Positions 52,093-64,000 of a stretch of DNA of 64,000 nucleotides are shown here, one piece after another; within the stretch, counting starts at the first letter, position 1; every line of letters starts with the position of its first letter. Below the pieces are notes generated by a model, which worked only from the letters and a program-made list of their open reading frames with translations, searched no databases and had not been told where the DNA came from. This DNA comes from Octopus sinensis. Taxonomy: Eukaryota. A program made the translations under genes and the position numbers. The DNA is taken from contig NC_043000.1 of NCBI RefSeq assembly GCF_006345805.1, forward strand, positions 112,220,001-112,284,000, read 5' to 3'.

Positions 52093-52718
52093 ACATAAAT
52101 CCATACAATATATATGCAGCCTTGAAGCACGACCATGTTATTGCAAAAAATAGTCAGTGCATTCTGGGTAACTGAGCATTGTGAATGGTTTCTGGGGCAC
52201 GTTTTTGTGACATAAACAGAACCTTTGACTGATCACTGACCGACATTATCACAGACAAACCTGTGATAAGCATAAAATGGTTGACAATTGAATGTACAGT
52301 GTTAACCCAGATCAGTGATAAGCGAATCAGTGATAAATGAATCAGTGATGAATGAATCAGTGATTCAGTCAAGGTTACATGTACAACATACATATCTCGC
52401 TGTAAAAAAACCTCTGAAGATCAAACTAACATAAACATTAAGGTTTGCCATCTTTAAAGATTAAAATATAAACAATTTTTTCCTGTTACTCTTAATCCAT
52501 TTTAAATCTATTTTTTATGAAAATATCTTCATCTTGTTGTTGTTCAAGTTATTTCCTAGAGGATATGTGTGTTTACATATCATTTATTGATATGGACATG
52601 GTTAACCCTTTTGTTACCAAACATCTACAGAAATACACGGCCTTTGTTGAATTAATTTTGAAACTAATGAAGAATTTAGTAAAATAACTGTCATCATTAA
52701 TCCGGCGCTTGGAACATA

Positions 52719-53040
52719 AGCTTCAGACACATAGAAACATGGTCATCCCTGACTAACAGAGGGCCCTGGTAATTTGTCCACAACTGTCGAAAATCTATCA
52801 ATATTGATGTAGTCCAAATTTGAAAGATTTTGCAGATCTCCCAACAACTGGGAAACTGTTACCACCCAACATGGTGGAGGTGGATCAGAAAGAAAACATG
52901 ATGTGAGGTTGAAGGAACCAGGTTCAAAACTCAGCAATGACCAAACTTTTAGTAAGATGAAAACAGTGAAAACAGAAGTTGAATTGGGTCAGAGGTTGTT
53001 GTTTGAACAGCAAATAAAAGATAAGAAAAAGAGAGAAAAA
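52719..53040 (+). repeat. About 320-bp direct duplication, copy 1 (partner 59569-59880)
   Basis: CATGGTCATCCCTGACTAACAGAGGGCCC...GATAAGAAAAAGAGAGAAAAA is present twice with few substitutions and small indels. Confidence 0.9.
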
Positions 53041-54240
53041 GACAAAATTCTGATGGAAGGTTTTAATTAAGATAATTATAAAACAAGGAATTAGTATCCT
53101 AAAATCATGGGTAGTTTCAGATGGATTGTTATCAAAAATGGTTAAGGAGTTTGCTTTGCAATTATGATATTGCAGGTTCATTCTTTTTGCACAGCACCTT
53201 ACGTAAATGCTTTCTACTCGAGCCTCAGGCAGACCCAAACCTTGTGAGTCAAATTGGGAGATGGAAACTCTGTGAAAGCTCATCAAAGAGACTGTATCTG
53301 ATCTTGGGTGGCAGAGCTAATATCTCCTACCTGGCCCTTGGTTGACTTTTATGGAAGTGACTGATCTGGGAATAACAAAAATAACTTGAGTTTTGGTTTT
53401 TCTCTCCCTCTCTCTGCCACCAGACACAGGGGATCTGCAACAACCATGTTTGCTGTTCTTTTTCTGTGCAGTCAAACGAGAGAAAGAGCAGCATTTATCA
53501 CCATCATCATTTAACGTCCACCTTCCATGGCTGTATGGGTGGGACATTTTGACAGAAGCCAACCAAACAGAAGTCTGCATCAGAATTCTGCAACTGTTTT
53601 GGCAGGATTTTTACAGCTGGATGCCCTTCCTAACACCAACCACCCAGCAGTGTGGACTTAGTGTTTTTTACATGGCACAAGCACAGACAAGAGCAGTTTT
53701 GGCAAGGTTTTTACAGCTGGATGCCCTTCCAAATGCCAACCATTTTACAGTGTGAATTGGATGCTTTGTAAGTGGCACCTGCACTGACAGGGTCACCAAG
53801 AACCTTGCAAGATGTCTTTTAAAATAATAAGCTCGCACCCATGACCTTTGCAGACCCTCTCAGACTGATCAGACTTGCAGCTGATGCTCAGTTTTAGTCA
53901 GCTGCAACTTAACACCTGTTGTATAAAAAGATCATGAGTCTGACATCTTGAGGATGGGCAATTGTGTTTAAATGGTTATTGCAGAGTTTGGATGGCAGTG
54001 GTATGCGACAAACAAGTTGTGAAGAGCAGAGCCTGTTGCAACAGAAGTAATACAAGTGGAAATGCGAGGTGACAGCACATGTATAGTCTAGAGGCTGGAG
54101 TGTGTTTGCAACTCGGTAAATCTTTGCCAATGACTCAAACGGCATGCTTTTATATTCTGTGTGAGGCAAAAGCAGCAGGACTGATCTTGACTTTGCCACA
54201 TAGCATGAAGCTTAGATAGAAAGAGAAAATGAAATCTCAC

Positions 54241-54317
54241 CACAGGAGTTGGTGGTTCCTCTTTAATCACAGTTTTGGCACAGGCATTCTTGGTCTTGGT
54301 CTTCTTTTTCTTACAAT
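54241..54317 (-). CDS. Exon of the unnamed minus-strand gene
   Basis: tttccttcag acceptor and GTG|gtgaga donor; phase 1 to 0. Encodes (N)CKKKKTKTKNACAKTVIKEEPPTPV. Confidence 0.7.
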
Positions 54318-54474
54318 CTGAAGGAAATGGAAACAAAGTGAAAAATTGTCATTAAAATAAGTGACAACCAGCAAATTGCAGAGATATTCTGAAGACAATC
54401 CACTTCTTAAATATATTCCCATACAACTTTCAAAACTCATACATAAATAGATAACAATGGCAGGTATGATTATA

Positions 54475-54506
<32 letters not shown>

Positions 54507-54789
54507 TGTATATATATGTAGAGAGAGAAAGAGATTATACATGCACATGTATGCCTGTAATGTGTGTGTGTGTATGTAAATATATATATATATATTATAT
54601 ATATATATATAAGGCTGCATTAGACTGGAGCCTGGTGCAGCCTTCTGGCTTCCCAGAACCCCGGTCGAACCGTCCAACCCATGCTAGCATGGAGAACGGA
54701 CGTTAAACGACGATGATGATGATGATGATATATATATATAAAATACATGCATGTCTGTAATAAATATATGTAAGAATATATTATATATA

Positions 54790-55027
54790 TTGGGTTGGTG
54801 CAAATTTATTGCGGCTTTTTCCAACAAATTTTATTCAACAAAAGCAATAACAACATTTAACAAAAACATCTTTAAACAATTATTCTGGAGCATATTCACC
54901 ATCTACTTCAATTACTACTTCCCATTTGATTGGCAGACGGTCAAGACTGCCATTTAAAGATGTTTTTGTTAAATATTGTTATTGCTTTTGTTGAAAAAAA
55001 AGCCACAATAATTATGCACCAACCAAA
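54790..55027. mobile_element. Mariner-derived MITE with Hsmar1-like TIRs
   Basis: TA + TTGGGTTGGTGCAAATTTATTGCGGCTTTTT ... AAAAAAGCCACAATAATTATGCACCAACCAAA + TA, with an internal inverted segment. Confidence 0.75.
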
Positions 55028-55157
55028 TAAATATATATATATATATATATATATAATGGGTACCCTAATGATAGAACAAAATAAATGAACTTCAGTGTGA
55101 ATTGTGTTAGGTGGTCATTGATAGACTGATCAGATCCATATCACCTTTGTCTTGTAG

Positions 55158-55285
55158 TACAAAGTTATAGCAAGAGTGAGAGGAGCATTCTGCTACATCA
55201 GAGTGCCAGATACCAATTCTATTGGGAACAGCTTAAAGTGTCTGTCGATGAAGCACTGTTGGGAAAATTGTCATCGAGAACTCAG
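55158..55285 (+). CDS. Candidate plus-strand exon, antisense within an intron of the minus-strand gene
   Basis: tttgtcttgtag acceptor and CAG|gtaaat donor. Encodes QSYSKSERSILLHQSARYQFYWEQLKVSVDEALLGKLSSRTQ. No homology recognised. Confidence 0.4.
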
Positions 55286-55521
55286 GTAAATTACAATTCT
55301 TATCAAAGACTGACCTTCTAATTTTGTCCAAATCGGCAGAGTGGGCCTTCCTTGTGAAGGATTTAATCTAGGAAGATCATGATGCGAAGTCAAAGGATGA
55401 AGCTTTGGTCACAATATGATGGGAAGACCAGGGACCAAAGGGGTTATGTATGGAAGGGAACTGGTGATAAATTGGAAGTTTTGTAGGATGCATCACCAGC
55501 CAAAAGGTGCTGCTTTTCCAG

Positions 55522-55704
55522 AACCATACAATTCAATTCTTGGCAGCAAGAGATATCAATGATGATTATAATGGTGTTATAATGCAGTTGGAAAAATTCC
55601 TTTTCACTCACATTGCTGATTTCATCAGAAAGAAAAAAATGGATGAACATCACAACTATATTTTTCTCTCCAAACATCTTACTTCATGCCCATTCCAGAT
55701 TTAA
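55522..55704 (+). CDS. Candidate terminal exon following 55158-55285
   Basis: gcttttccag acceptor, phase 0 compatible. Encodes NHTIQFLAARDIND...HLTSCPFQI*, with AATAAA about 20 nt after the stop. Confidence 0.35.
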   Translation, partial: NHTIQFLAARDINDDYNGVIMQLEKFLFTHIADFIRKKKMDEHHNYIFLSKHLTSCPFQI

Positions 55705-56663
55705 TCACCATGACAACATTTAATAAACAATGTATCTTGATAAGTCTCATTTGCATAAACAGCAACCACCAAAGATCGAACTGTAGTTAACAGAAAGATC
55801 GGTGCCAGCCTCGAGTTTCTCAATACCAAAACTTATGCCAGTCAAGGATCAACAACTTTACAAATGAGATAATTTCCTCCATGTAGAAGATGCTAGCTTA
55901 CTTCTCTGATGTGTTTTGAGATCACCGAAAGGTTTTACTACCCCACTGTGTCATTACTGAAAGCCTTCAGTCACCCCACTGCAATCTCACAGGCCCTTAT
56001 TGTATCATTACTGAAAACCTCCATTGCCCATCATCACACTTTATTATTTTCATTTCTGCTCTTTTGAACCACAAACCTCAACTAATTCACTTGTGGCGAT
56101 ATTTCAGCAATGTGAAGTGATACAACAACAGTCAATTTAGCATATTTGTCACTATGGTGGAGTCACAAGTGTGTCAGTGTGTCACACATGAGGACAGACA
56201 GACACAGCAATCTAATCCCACCCTAACCACTTACCTTGCTTGTACACAGAAAGATCAATCAACTAAGATAAAATTCCAATCAATTATAAAATTGGTAAAT
56301 TCTATCCTCATTTGCTTAAGTCCTATAGCAGCCGCCATACATGTGCCAGCAACAGATCTCCACATGTGCATGTGACAGTGCTTAATAAGCATGACAACCT
56401 TCAGTCAGTCATCACACATGTATGACAATCCCCATTCAGTCGTTTCCACAAGCGTTACACTCTCCTGTCAACTTTCCACAACACATGGCAACCGAGTTCT
56501 TTGTCCGTTTCCACATGGAACAGATTACTACCACATCTACAGTCCTGATGCAGAAAAGCAATCAGCTCAGTATGTTACACGAGGACAGACTAAACTCCTT
56601 GGTCACATTCTGTAGACTCTCAACTCAATTAAATACCATCAGGTATTAATAATAAAAGGCTGC

Positions 56664-56885
56664 GAACTGGCAGAATTGTTAGCACGCCAGGCAAAATGCT
56701 AAGCGGTATTTCGTCTGCCGTTACATTCTGAGTTCAAATTCCGCCGAGGTCGACTTTGCCTTTCATCCTTTTGGGGTCGATTAAATAAGTACCAGTTACG
56801 CACTGGGGTCGATATAAACGACTTAATCCCTTTGTCCTTGTTTGTCCCCTCTGCGTTTAGCCCCTTGTGGGCAATAAAGAAATAG
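56664..56885 (+). mobile_element. SINE family B
   Basis: Near-consensus copy. Confidence 0.85.
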
Positions 56886-57092
56886 GTATTAATAATAAAA
56901 TAAAAGGAAGAGAAAGAAAATGGTAACTTGGGTTCCTTCTACTTTTGAGATTTTCAATGAAAACAAAAACTAGCAGCAGCAGTAGTAGCAGCAGCAGCAG
57001 CAATAACAGATGAATAAGATCAGAAACTGGGGGTTGGCCGACAAAAGTTACTTTATTTCAGCAGTTGATGAAAATATCAAAAATGAAATTAC

Positions 57093-57275
57093 TTTGATTC
57101 ACATCCTGTAACCAGGTTTTATCAACAGACACAGATAATTTGTCTGATTCTACAGCAGAGGCATTTCCTGGCTTTGTTGCAGTCTGAGAGGCACCAGGTT
57201 TCCCTAATTTCGTCACATTCTCTTTACAACCTGAAGTTCCTCTTCCTCGGCCAACTGGAACTGATGGTTTCAAAC
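57093..57275 (-). CDS. Exon of the unnamed minus-strand gene
   Basis: gtctttcag acceptor and A|gtaatt donor; 183 nt, phase 1 to 1. Encodes (G)LKPSVPVGRGRGTSGCKENVTKLGKPG...WLQDVNQ. Confidence 0.65.
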
Positions 57276-58212
57276 CTGAAAGACAATGGTTTTCAAAGTT
57301 ATTAGATTAGCATAACGGCAAAAAAACAAAAAAATCTTAATCATCATCATTATTATTATATTTCCAGCTCTTTAAATTCTGAGATGAAGTCCTGTCCAGT
57401 CAACTTTGCATTTATCCTTCAACGGTTGATAAAATAAAATACCAGTAAAATAACAGGGTCAATTAATTAACTTTCATTAAATTTCAGGCTTTGTACCTAC
57501 ATTTAAAAAATTATAAATATTAGTAAAGTGGCAAGTTGGTAGAATCGTTAACATGCCAGGTAAAATGCTTAGTGGCACTTTATCCATCTACAAATTCCTA
57601 CCAAGATCAACTTTGCCTATAATCCTTTCAGGAATATTTGAGCACAGGCGTTGACGTAATCAAATCACCCTCCCCTCCAAAATTTCAGGCCTTGTGCCTA
57701 TAATAGAAAGGATTATTGTTGCTTTGTTTTATGAGCCATTCCAAGTCTCACCAAAAGACTTCAAGTAACAATGGTCAGTTGGATGTTTTACTGTGGACAT
57801 TTTTTTAAAAATTTTATCTAGTTTCAGCTTACGAGCTGTGGACATGCTGGGGCACCGCCATTATCTATGATTAGCACTGATATATTTCTGGGAAAGGAGA
57901 TCGAATACCGAAAATTAAGATTTTACTAAAAACCTTGCTAAATTTGTGATTTTGAAAGATTTTAAGATTCGAATATTCTCAGATTGACAGTGTCTTTCTT
58001 AGGAATGTGGTCAATACCCATGAAAACAATTTCTTATCATTCTGATATTTTGGGGTTTCTTACTATTTGGCCATGGTATTTAAGAGTGCCATTTGACATT
58101 CTTCCCAAAAGTCTAAAGATCACAGATACAGTTGTTGTTCTTAGATACCATATTTCTGAGACTTTTCTTTCAAGTTAGAAAATTACTATTTTTAAATCTC
58201 ACAACCTTTCCC

Positions 58213-59200
58213 TCTGAGTGAGAGGCCTTTTGTCACCAGTAGAGGTAGAAGCTTTTTGAGCTTTACCCGGGCTATTCTTATTCTAGTGGCAACGCTCTCC
58301 AAGCATCCACCCCCACTACAAACTTGGTCACCTAGACAGCGGAAGCTATCAACTACTAGTTTCTCCTCCTGCCATGTGATGGAATCAGTTTACTGAGCAT
58401 CTGCGGTGTTTATTGCCCCTGTGCATCTGCTGCACACAAAAGCTATCTTCCTGGTTAACTTTCCTTTGATGTTGCTGCACCTCTTATGCATCCATAGTTT
58501 ACACTTGGTACATATTATGGAGTTTCTACTTACACCTTTTCTACAGATTGAGCAGGACCATCTACCTGAAGGGGTTTGTGATGTGTTGGCCTTCCTACTT
58601 CCTAGGACTTTGGTTTTTGCAACATTGACTCTAAGGCCCTTCAATTCTAAACCTTGCTTCCATACCTAAAATTTCTTCTCTAGTTCTGATAGTAATTCTG
58701 CTATGAGAGCAAGGTCATCAGCATAGAGGAGCTCCCAGGGGCAGCCTGTCTTGAATTCTTGTTATTGCCTGGAAGACTATGATGAATAAGAGTGGGCTGA
58801 GGGCTGATCCTTGGTGAACCCCTACTTCTACCCAGAATTATTCGCTATATTCATTGCCGACCCTTACCTTACTAATGGCATCCCTGTACAGCTCTTATTA
58901 ACCACTTGTCAATCCCCAGTTTCTGCATCACCCACCAGATAAGGGATTAGGGGACCCTGTCAAAGGCTTTCTCCAAATCAATAAAATCCAAGTATATGGG
59001 TTTATCTTTGGTTAGGTATTTCTCCTGGAGTTGCTGTACCAGGAATATAGCACCAGTGGTGCTTCTACTTGGCACAAAACCGAACTGCATCTCATCTAAA
59101 CAGACTCACTCCCTAATTAATTAGGCTATGACCCTCTCTGTGACCATCACCTGATCCTGCAATTTGAAACCCTGTAGTTATTTCTCTCTGACTCCTTCGT
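58213..59200 (-). mobile_element. RTE-clade LINE fragment (RT core)
   Basis: Minus-strand VGVHQGSALSPLLF, WELLYADDLAL and GLRVNVAKTKVL, then a Cys/His cluster. Contains stops and frameshifts. Confidence 0.85.
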
Positions 59201-59916
59201 GAACTACCTGGTTTACAATATGGGTGATATATATATATATGACGGGCTTCTTTCAGTTTCCATCTACCAAATCCACTCACAAGACTTTTGTCAGCCCAAG
59301 GCTATAACACAAGACACTTGCCCATGGTGCAACGCAGTGGGACTGAACCTAGACCCATGTGGTTGGTAAGAAAACTTCTTACTACACAGCCACTCCTGCG
59401 GATAAATTTTAAAAGTAAAGGGCTTTATGGACCCCCAGCGGTTATACAGATCCCAGATGAGAACCACTAATCTAGAGAGAGGAGACTTGTAGACAAGTAC
59501 CAGTCTCCCTGACTGCCTGAAAACATGCACAGAAAAAAAAGAAAGAAAAGAATATTGTCCAGGCCTGCAGCTTCACACACATAGAGACATGGTCATCCCT
59601 GACTAACAGAGGGCCCTGGTAATTTGTCCACAACTGTCGAAAATCTATCAATATTGATGCAGTCCAAATTGAAAGATTTTGCAGATCTTCCAACAATTGG
59701 GAAACTGTTACCACCCAACATGGTGGAGGTGGATCAGAAAGAAAACATGATGTGAGGTTGAAGGAACCAGGTTCAAAACTCAGCAATGACCAAACTTTTA
59801 GTAAGATGAAAACAGAAGTTGAATTAGGTCAGAGGTCGTTGTTTAAACAGCAAATAAAAGATAAGAAAAAGAGAGAAAAAAATTTCACAACAGAGAAAAA
59901 TCAAATGAGAGAGAGA

Positions 59917-59976
<60 letters not shown>

Positions 59977-60174
59977 AGAGTGAATGAAAGAGTGTTAGAA
60001 AGAGATAGAGAAAGAAGAAGAGTGAGAGAGAGGCAGAGCAAGTAAGAGAGACAGAGGCAGTGCAAGTGAGAGCAAGAGAGAGAGACAGATAAAAAACTGC
60101 AACAATAGGAAAGAAACCTTTAAAAAAAGGACAAAAAACGAAGTCACAAGAATAAAAAAAAGCAAAGTGCCAAC

Positions 60175-60323
60175 CTTTTCCTCTTCCTCGTCCAATTCCT
60201 TCTGATGCCATCAGCAAGCTATTTGAGCTGAACTGATAGACTGGAAAGTTATCTTGACTGTTATTAAACTTGTGAGCCGGTAACCTAAGTTCAGCTTGGT
60301 TTGTATCCACCACGGAATGACTG
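60175..60323 (-). CDS. Exon of an unnamed minus-strand gene (may contain the start: MASEGIGRGRGK)
   Basis: ttttcttttgtttttag(cag) NAGNAG acceptor and G|gttggc donor, phase 1, compatible with exon 57275. Confidence 0.6.
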
Positions 60324-60489
60324 CTAAAAACAAAAGAAAACAAAATTCTCTGAAGTTGATTCTTTTGGCTTTTAACTTTTACTTGTTTCAGTCATTAGAC
60401 TGTGGCCATGCTGGGGCATCACCTTGAAGAATTTTAGTTTAACAAAATAACCAATGCTGGCTTTTATTTTAAAAGAATTTCTTACATTC

Positions 60490-62345
60490 ATCATCATCAT
60501 CATTTAACATTCGCTTTCCTTGCTAGCATGGGTTGGACAGTTTGACTGAGGACTGGCGAACCAGAAGGCTCCAATCTGATCTGGCAGAGTTTCTACAGCT
60601 GGATGCCCTTCCTAACGCCAACCATTCCGTGAGTATAGTGGGTGCTTTTATGTGCCACCGGCAAGAGGGCCAGTCTGGTGGTACTGGCAACGGCCATGCT
60701 CAAATGGTGTTTTTTACATGTCACCTGCATAGGAGCCAGTCCAGCAGCACTGGCAATGACCTCACTCAAATATTTTTTCACGTACCACTTGCCTAAGTGC
60801 CAGTAAGGCAATGCTGGTAACAATCATGCTCGAATGGTGCTTTTTACGTACCACCGGCATGGAAACCAGTCAGCTGCACTGGCAACGATCACGCTTGAAT
60901 GGTGCTTTTAGCGCTTCACTAGCATGGATGCCAGTCATCAAATTTGATTTTGATTTCACTTGCCTCAACAGGTCTTCACAAGTAGAGTTTAGTATCCAAT
61001 GAAGGAAAGGTACACATAAGTGGGCTGGTTACACCCCTGGCATAGGCCATGGGTTATGGGCTCACTTCTCTTGCCAGGTCTTCTCAAGCACACCATATTT
61101 CCAAAGGTCTTGGTCACTAGTCATTGCCTCGGTGAGGCCTAATGTTCGTAGGTCGTGCTTCACCACCTCATCCCAGGTCTTCCTGGGTCTACCTCTTCCA
61201 CAGGTTCCCTCAACCGCTAGGGTGTGGCACTTTTTCACACAGCTATCCTCATCCATTCTCGCCACATGACCATACCAGTGCAGTCGTCTCTCTTGCACAC
61301 CACATCTGATGCTTCTTAGGTCTAACTTTTCTCTCAAGGTACTTACACTCTGTCAAGTATGCACACTGACATTACACATCCATTGGATCATACTGGATTC
61401 ATTCCTTGTGAGCTTATGCAGGTCCTCAGCAGTCACGGCCCATGTTTCACTGCCATGTAGCACGGCTGTTCGTACACATGCGTCATACAGTCTACCTTTT
61501 ACTCTGAGTGAGAGGCCCTTTGTCACCAGCAAAGGTAAGAGCTCTCTGAACTTTGCTCAGGCTATTCTTATTCTAGCAGCTACACTTTCAGAGCACCCAC
61601 CCCCGCTACTGACTTGGTCACCTAGGTAACGGAAGCTATCAACTACTTCTAGTTTTTCTTCCTGGAATGTGGCAGAAGTTGTTTTCAGTGTTTATTGCTC
61701 CTGAGCATCAGCCATATACAAAAACTATCTTCCCGTTTAGCCTTCCTTTGATATTGCTGCACCTCTTATGTGTCCATATCTTACACTGGGTACATCTTAT
61801 AGAGTTTCTATCTACGCCTTTTCTACAGATCGAGCAGGGCCATCTACCTGAAGGGATTTGTGGTTTGTCTGCCTTTCTACTTATTAGGACTTTGGTTTTA
61901 GCTAGGTTGTCTCTAAGGCCCTTCGATTCTAAAGCTTGCTTCCATAAATAAACCTGTCTCCTAGCTTCCCTTCTGGCAATCTGATACAATTCCCTGCTAC
62001 TACCATTCTTCCAGTCCTTCCAAGTCAGTTTCTTTTCTCTAATAGCCCTGTCAACAACATTGTTCCACCACCATGTTATTTTTGGTCGAGAGGGGACTTT
62101 GCACCATCCACAGATCTGGTCAGTGGCCCTCAGCAGGTTGTCCCAAAGAAACCTCCAGTTGTCTTCCACATCATGTGAAGCTATATCCCCTTCTATTTCA
62201 TCAAAGGCTTTGAGTAATACATCTCTAAATCTGTCCACTCGCAGGATCTTTAAGCTTCCAGACCCTTTTCCTCCATGCTGGTCGTCTTCTGGGCATCTAT
62301 TTAGCCCTGATCCTGAAGTTGCTAACTACCAGTCTATGTTGTGGG
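60490..62345 (-). mobile_element. RTE-clade LINE, 5'-truncated and internally deleted, with complete 3' UTR and (GAT)n tail
   Basis: Contains the APE end PQHRLVV, the linker WWWNNVVDRAIREKK and the C-terminal RRLHWYGHVARM...GRGRPRKTW. The 3' UTR is continuous with the abundant short (GAT)n-tailed repeat. Confidence 0.88.
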
Positions 62346-62382
62346 GTACATTCTTTGCCTGGGAAGGTTTTGGCATTTCGGC

Positions 62383-62610
62383 GAGCTGGCAGAAACGTTA
62401 GCACGCCGGGCGAAATGCTTAGCGGTATTTCGTCTACGTTACGTTGTGAGTTCAAATTCCGCCGAGGTCGACTTTGCCTTTCATCCTTTCAGGGTCAATA
62501 AATTAAGTACCAGTTACGCACTGGGGTCGATGTAATCGACTTAATACCTATGTCTGTCCTTGTTTGTCCCCTCTGTGTTTAGCCCCTTGTGGGTAATAAA
62601 GAAATAGGCA
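62383..62610 (+). mobile_element. SINE family B
   Basis: Near-consensus copy at the 5' boundary of the RTE fragment. Confidence 0.85.
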
Positions 62611-62639
62611 TTTATAACCAGCCGTCTTTCCCTTTTTCT

Positions 62640-62861
62640 TGTGAGGATGTAATTTACATTTGAAGGATATTTATCCTTATCTTGCTTGTTGTTAATGCAA
62701 CATTTTGGCTGATATACCCTCCAGCCTTCATTAGGTGTCTTGGGGAAATTTCGAAATACCTTAGGAATGAGAACCCAGGTTTGAAATTTCCCCAAGGAAA
62801 GCTGGAGGGTATATCAGCCAAAACATTGTGTTAACAACAAACAAGATGAGAACAAATATCC
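62640..62861. mobile_element. Two family C tails in inverted (head-to-head) arrangement
   Basis: 62660-62750 is the reverse complement of the tail and 62755-62861 is the forward tail. Confidence 0.75.
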
Positions 62862-62973
62862 TTGGCACTGCCTCCCATACATCTGTCACCCACCACATTC
62901 CTTCCACTGATTACTATGAGATTGTTGACCAATGAAAAAAAAAAAAAACCATTTTACCTTGCAATTCTTCCAG

Positions 62974-63177
62974 CACCAAGCTTGAAAAACTTCTGTTCTG
63001 AATCTGAAATGGAATTATTGAAAGAGAATTGTCACAAGAAAGTGGAAACATTGAAGAATATTTTCTCTGCTATAGATTTCAATGAAAAAAAATTAGTCTT
63101 TGAATTACTGTACAAGAGTGGCAGCAAACTGGCAAAATCCTTAGAACATCATCAAAGGGAACAGACTGCTGTATTTG
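62974..63177 (+). CDS. Candidate plus-strand internal exon
   Basis: caattcttccag acceptor and G|gtatga donor; 204 nt, phase 1 to 1, open. Encodes PSLKNFCSESEMELLKENC...EQTAVF. No homology recognised. Confidence 0.4.
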
Positions 63178-64000
63178 GTATGAGTTTCAGAACTCAAAAG
63201 TTCGAATCCTGCTGAAGTCAACTTTGCCTTTCATTTTTTCAGGGTCAATAAATAAACGGAATGAGACAATAGGGTGCAGCTGTTTGGATACTGAGAATTT
63301 GACGTAGCTGACTGGACATTGAACCTGTTTTGAAAACAGGAGTTCTTGGTGCTGGATACAAATGTGTGCATGCAGATATATACACAAACAGGTAGAGAGA
63401 GAGACATTGCACGTCACACAAATGTAACTAGAGGGAGAGGGGGGAGAGAGGATGAAGGGAGAAAGAGAGAGAGAACAAGGGAGAGAATGAGAGAAGCATT
63501 CAGAGTCAAGAACTGACCAGGCTACAATCTGATCTGGCAAAGTTTCTACAGCTGGATGCCCTTCCTAACGCCAACCACTCCAGGAGTGTAGTGGGTGCTT
63601 TTTACATGCCACTGGTGCACACACACACATACACACAATGATGATATCTAAGCAATTATGGCACAAGGCTACAGCTGTTTCGATCGACTCTAGCAATTTT
63701 TATTTCATTGATTCTGGAAGGATGAAGGCAAAATTGAACCTGGTCACAAAGCTTTGAGATTTTGAATGATGTATTATTTTTTATTTTTAGAATGACATTG
63801 TATGGCAGGAGAGAGAGTCCAGATCTGACCAGTTTGAAGATAAAACAAAATATTTCAACTGGATTTCATCCTCATCATCATTCAACATCTGTTTTCCATG
63901 TCAGCATTGGTTGGGTGATTAGACTGGAGCTGGCAAGGCCAGGGTCCATTGTCTGTTTTCCTAATGCTCTTCCTAATGCCAACCCCTTTCCAGAGCGTAT

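Noticed and set aside
56207-56265. 28-nt minus-strand microexon with gtaagt donor
   Set aside because: It is open only in phase 0, while the upstream exon ends in phase 1.

Overview
AT-rich, microsatellite- and SINE-dense animal genomic DNA. The repeat families resemble those I recall from octopus/cephalopod genomes (not verified). (1) The last six coding exons of an oxysterol-binding-protein-related gene (ORP1/ORP2 type) lie on + from 567 to 19814, with consistent splice phases. An intron also holds a diverged, frame-preserving duplicate of the EKNRLEEKQR exon (13016-13090). (2) A young, near-intact 5.55-kb L1/Tx1-clade non-LTR retrotransposon (27174-32725; gag-knuckle ORF1; APE-RT-zf ORF2) carries a 17-bp target-site duplication. 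It is inserted into one unit of a 357-bp tandem repeat in which each unit carries a minimal type-I hammerhead ribozyme fold, and the neighbouring unit preserves the empty target site. (3) At least three further hammerhead-like, Penelope-type repeat families are present. (4) There is a frameshifted Rab30 copy (37099-37523). (5) Four phase-compatible minus-strand exons (60323 to 50479) belong to an unnamed basic, GRG-rich protein with a RRLRKKLRQI helix, with candidate plus-strand exons interleaved. (6) The rest includes RTE LINE fragments, mariner, piggyBac-like and Helitron-like remnants, several tRNA-headed SINE families and local duplications. No searches or folding programs were run; all family names come from motif recognition.
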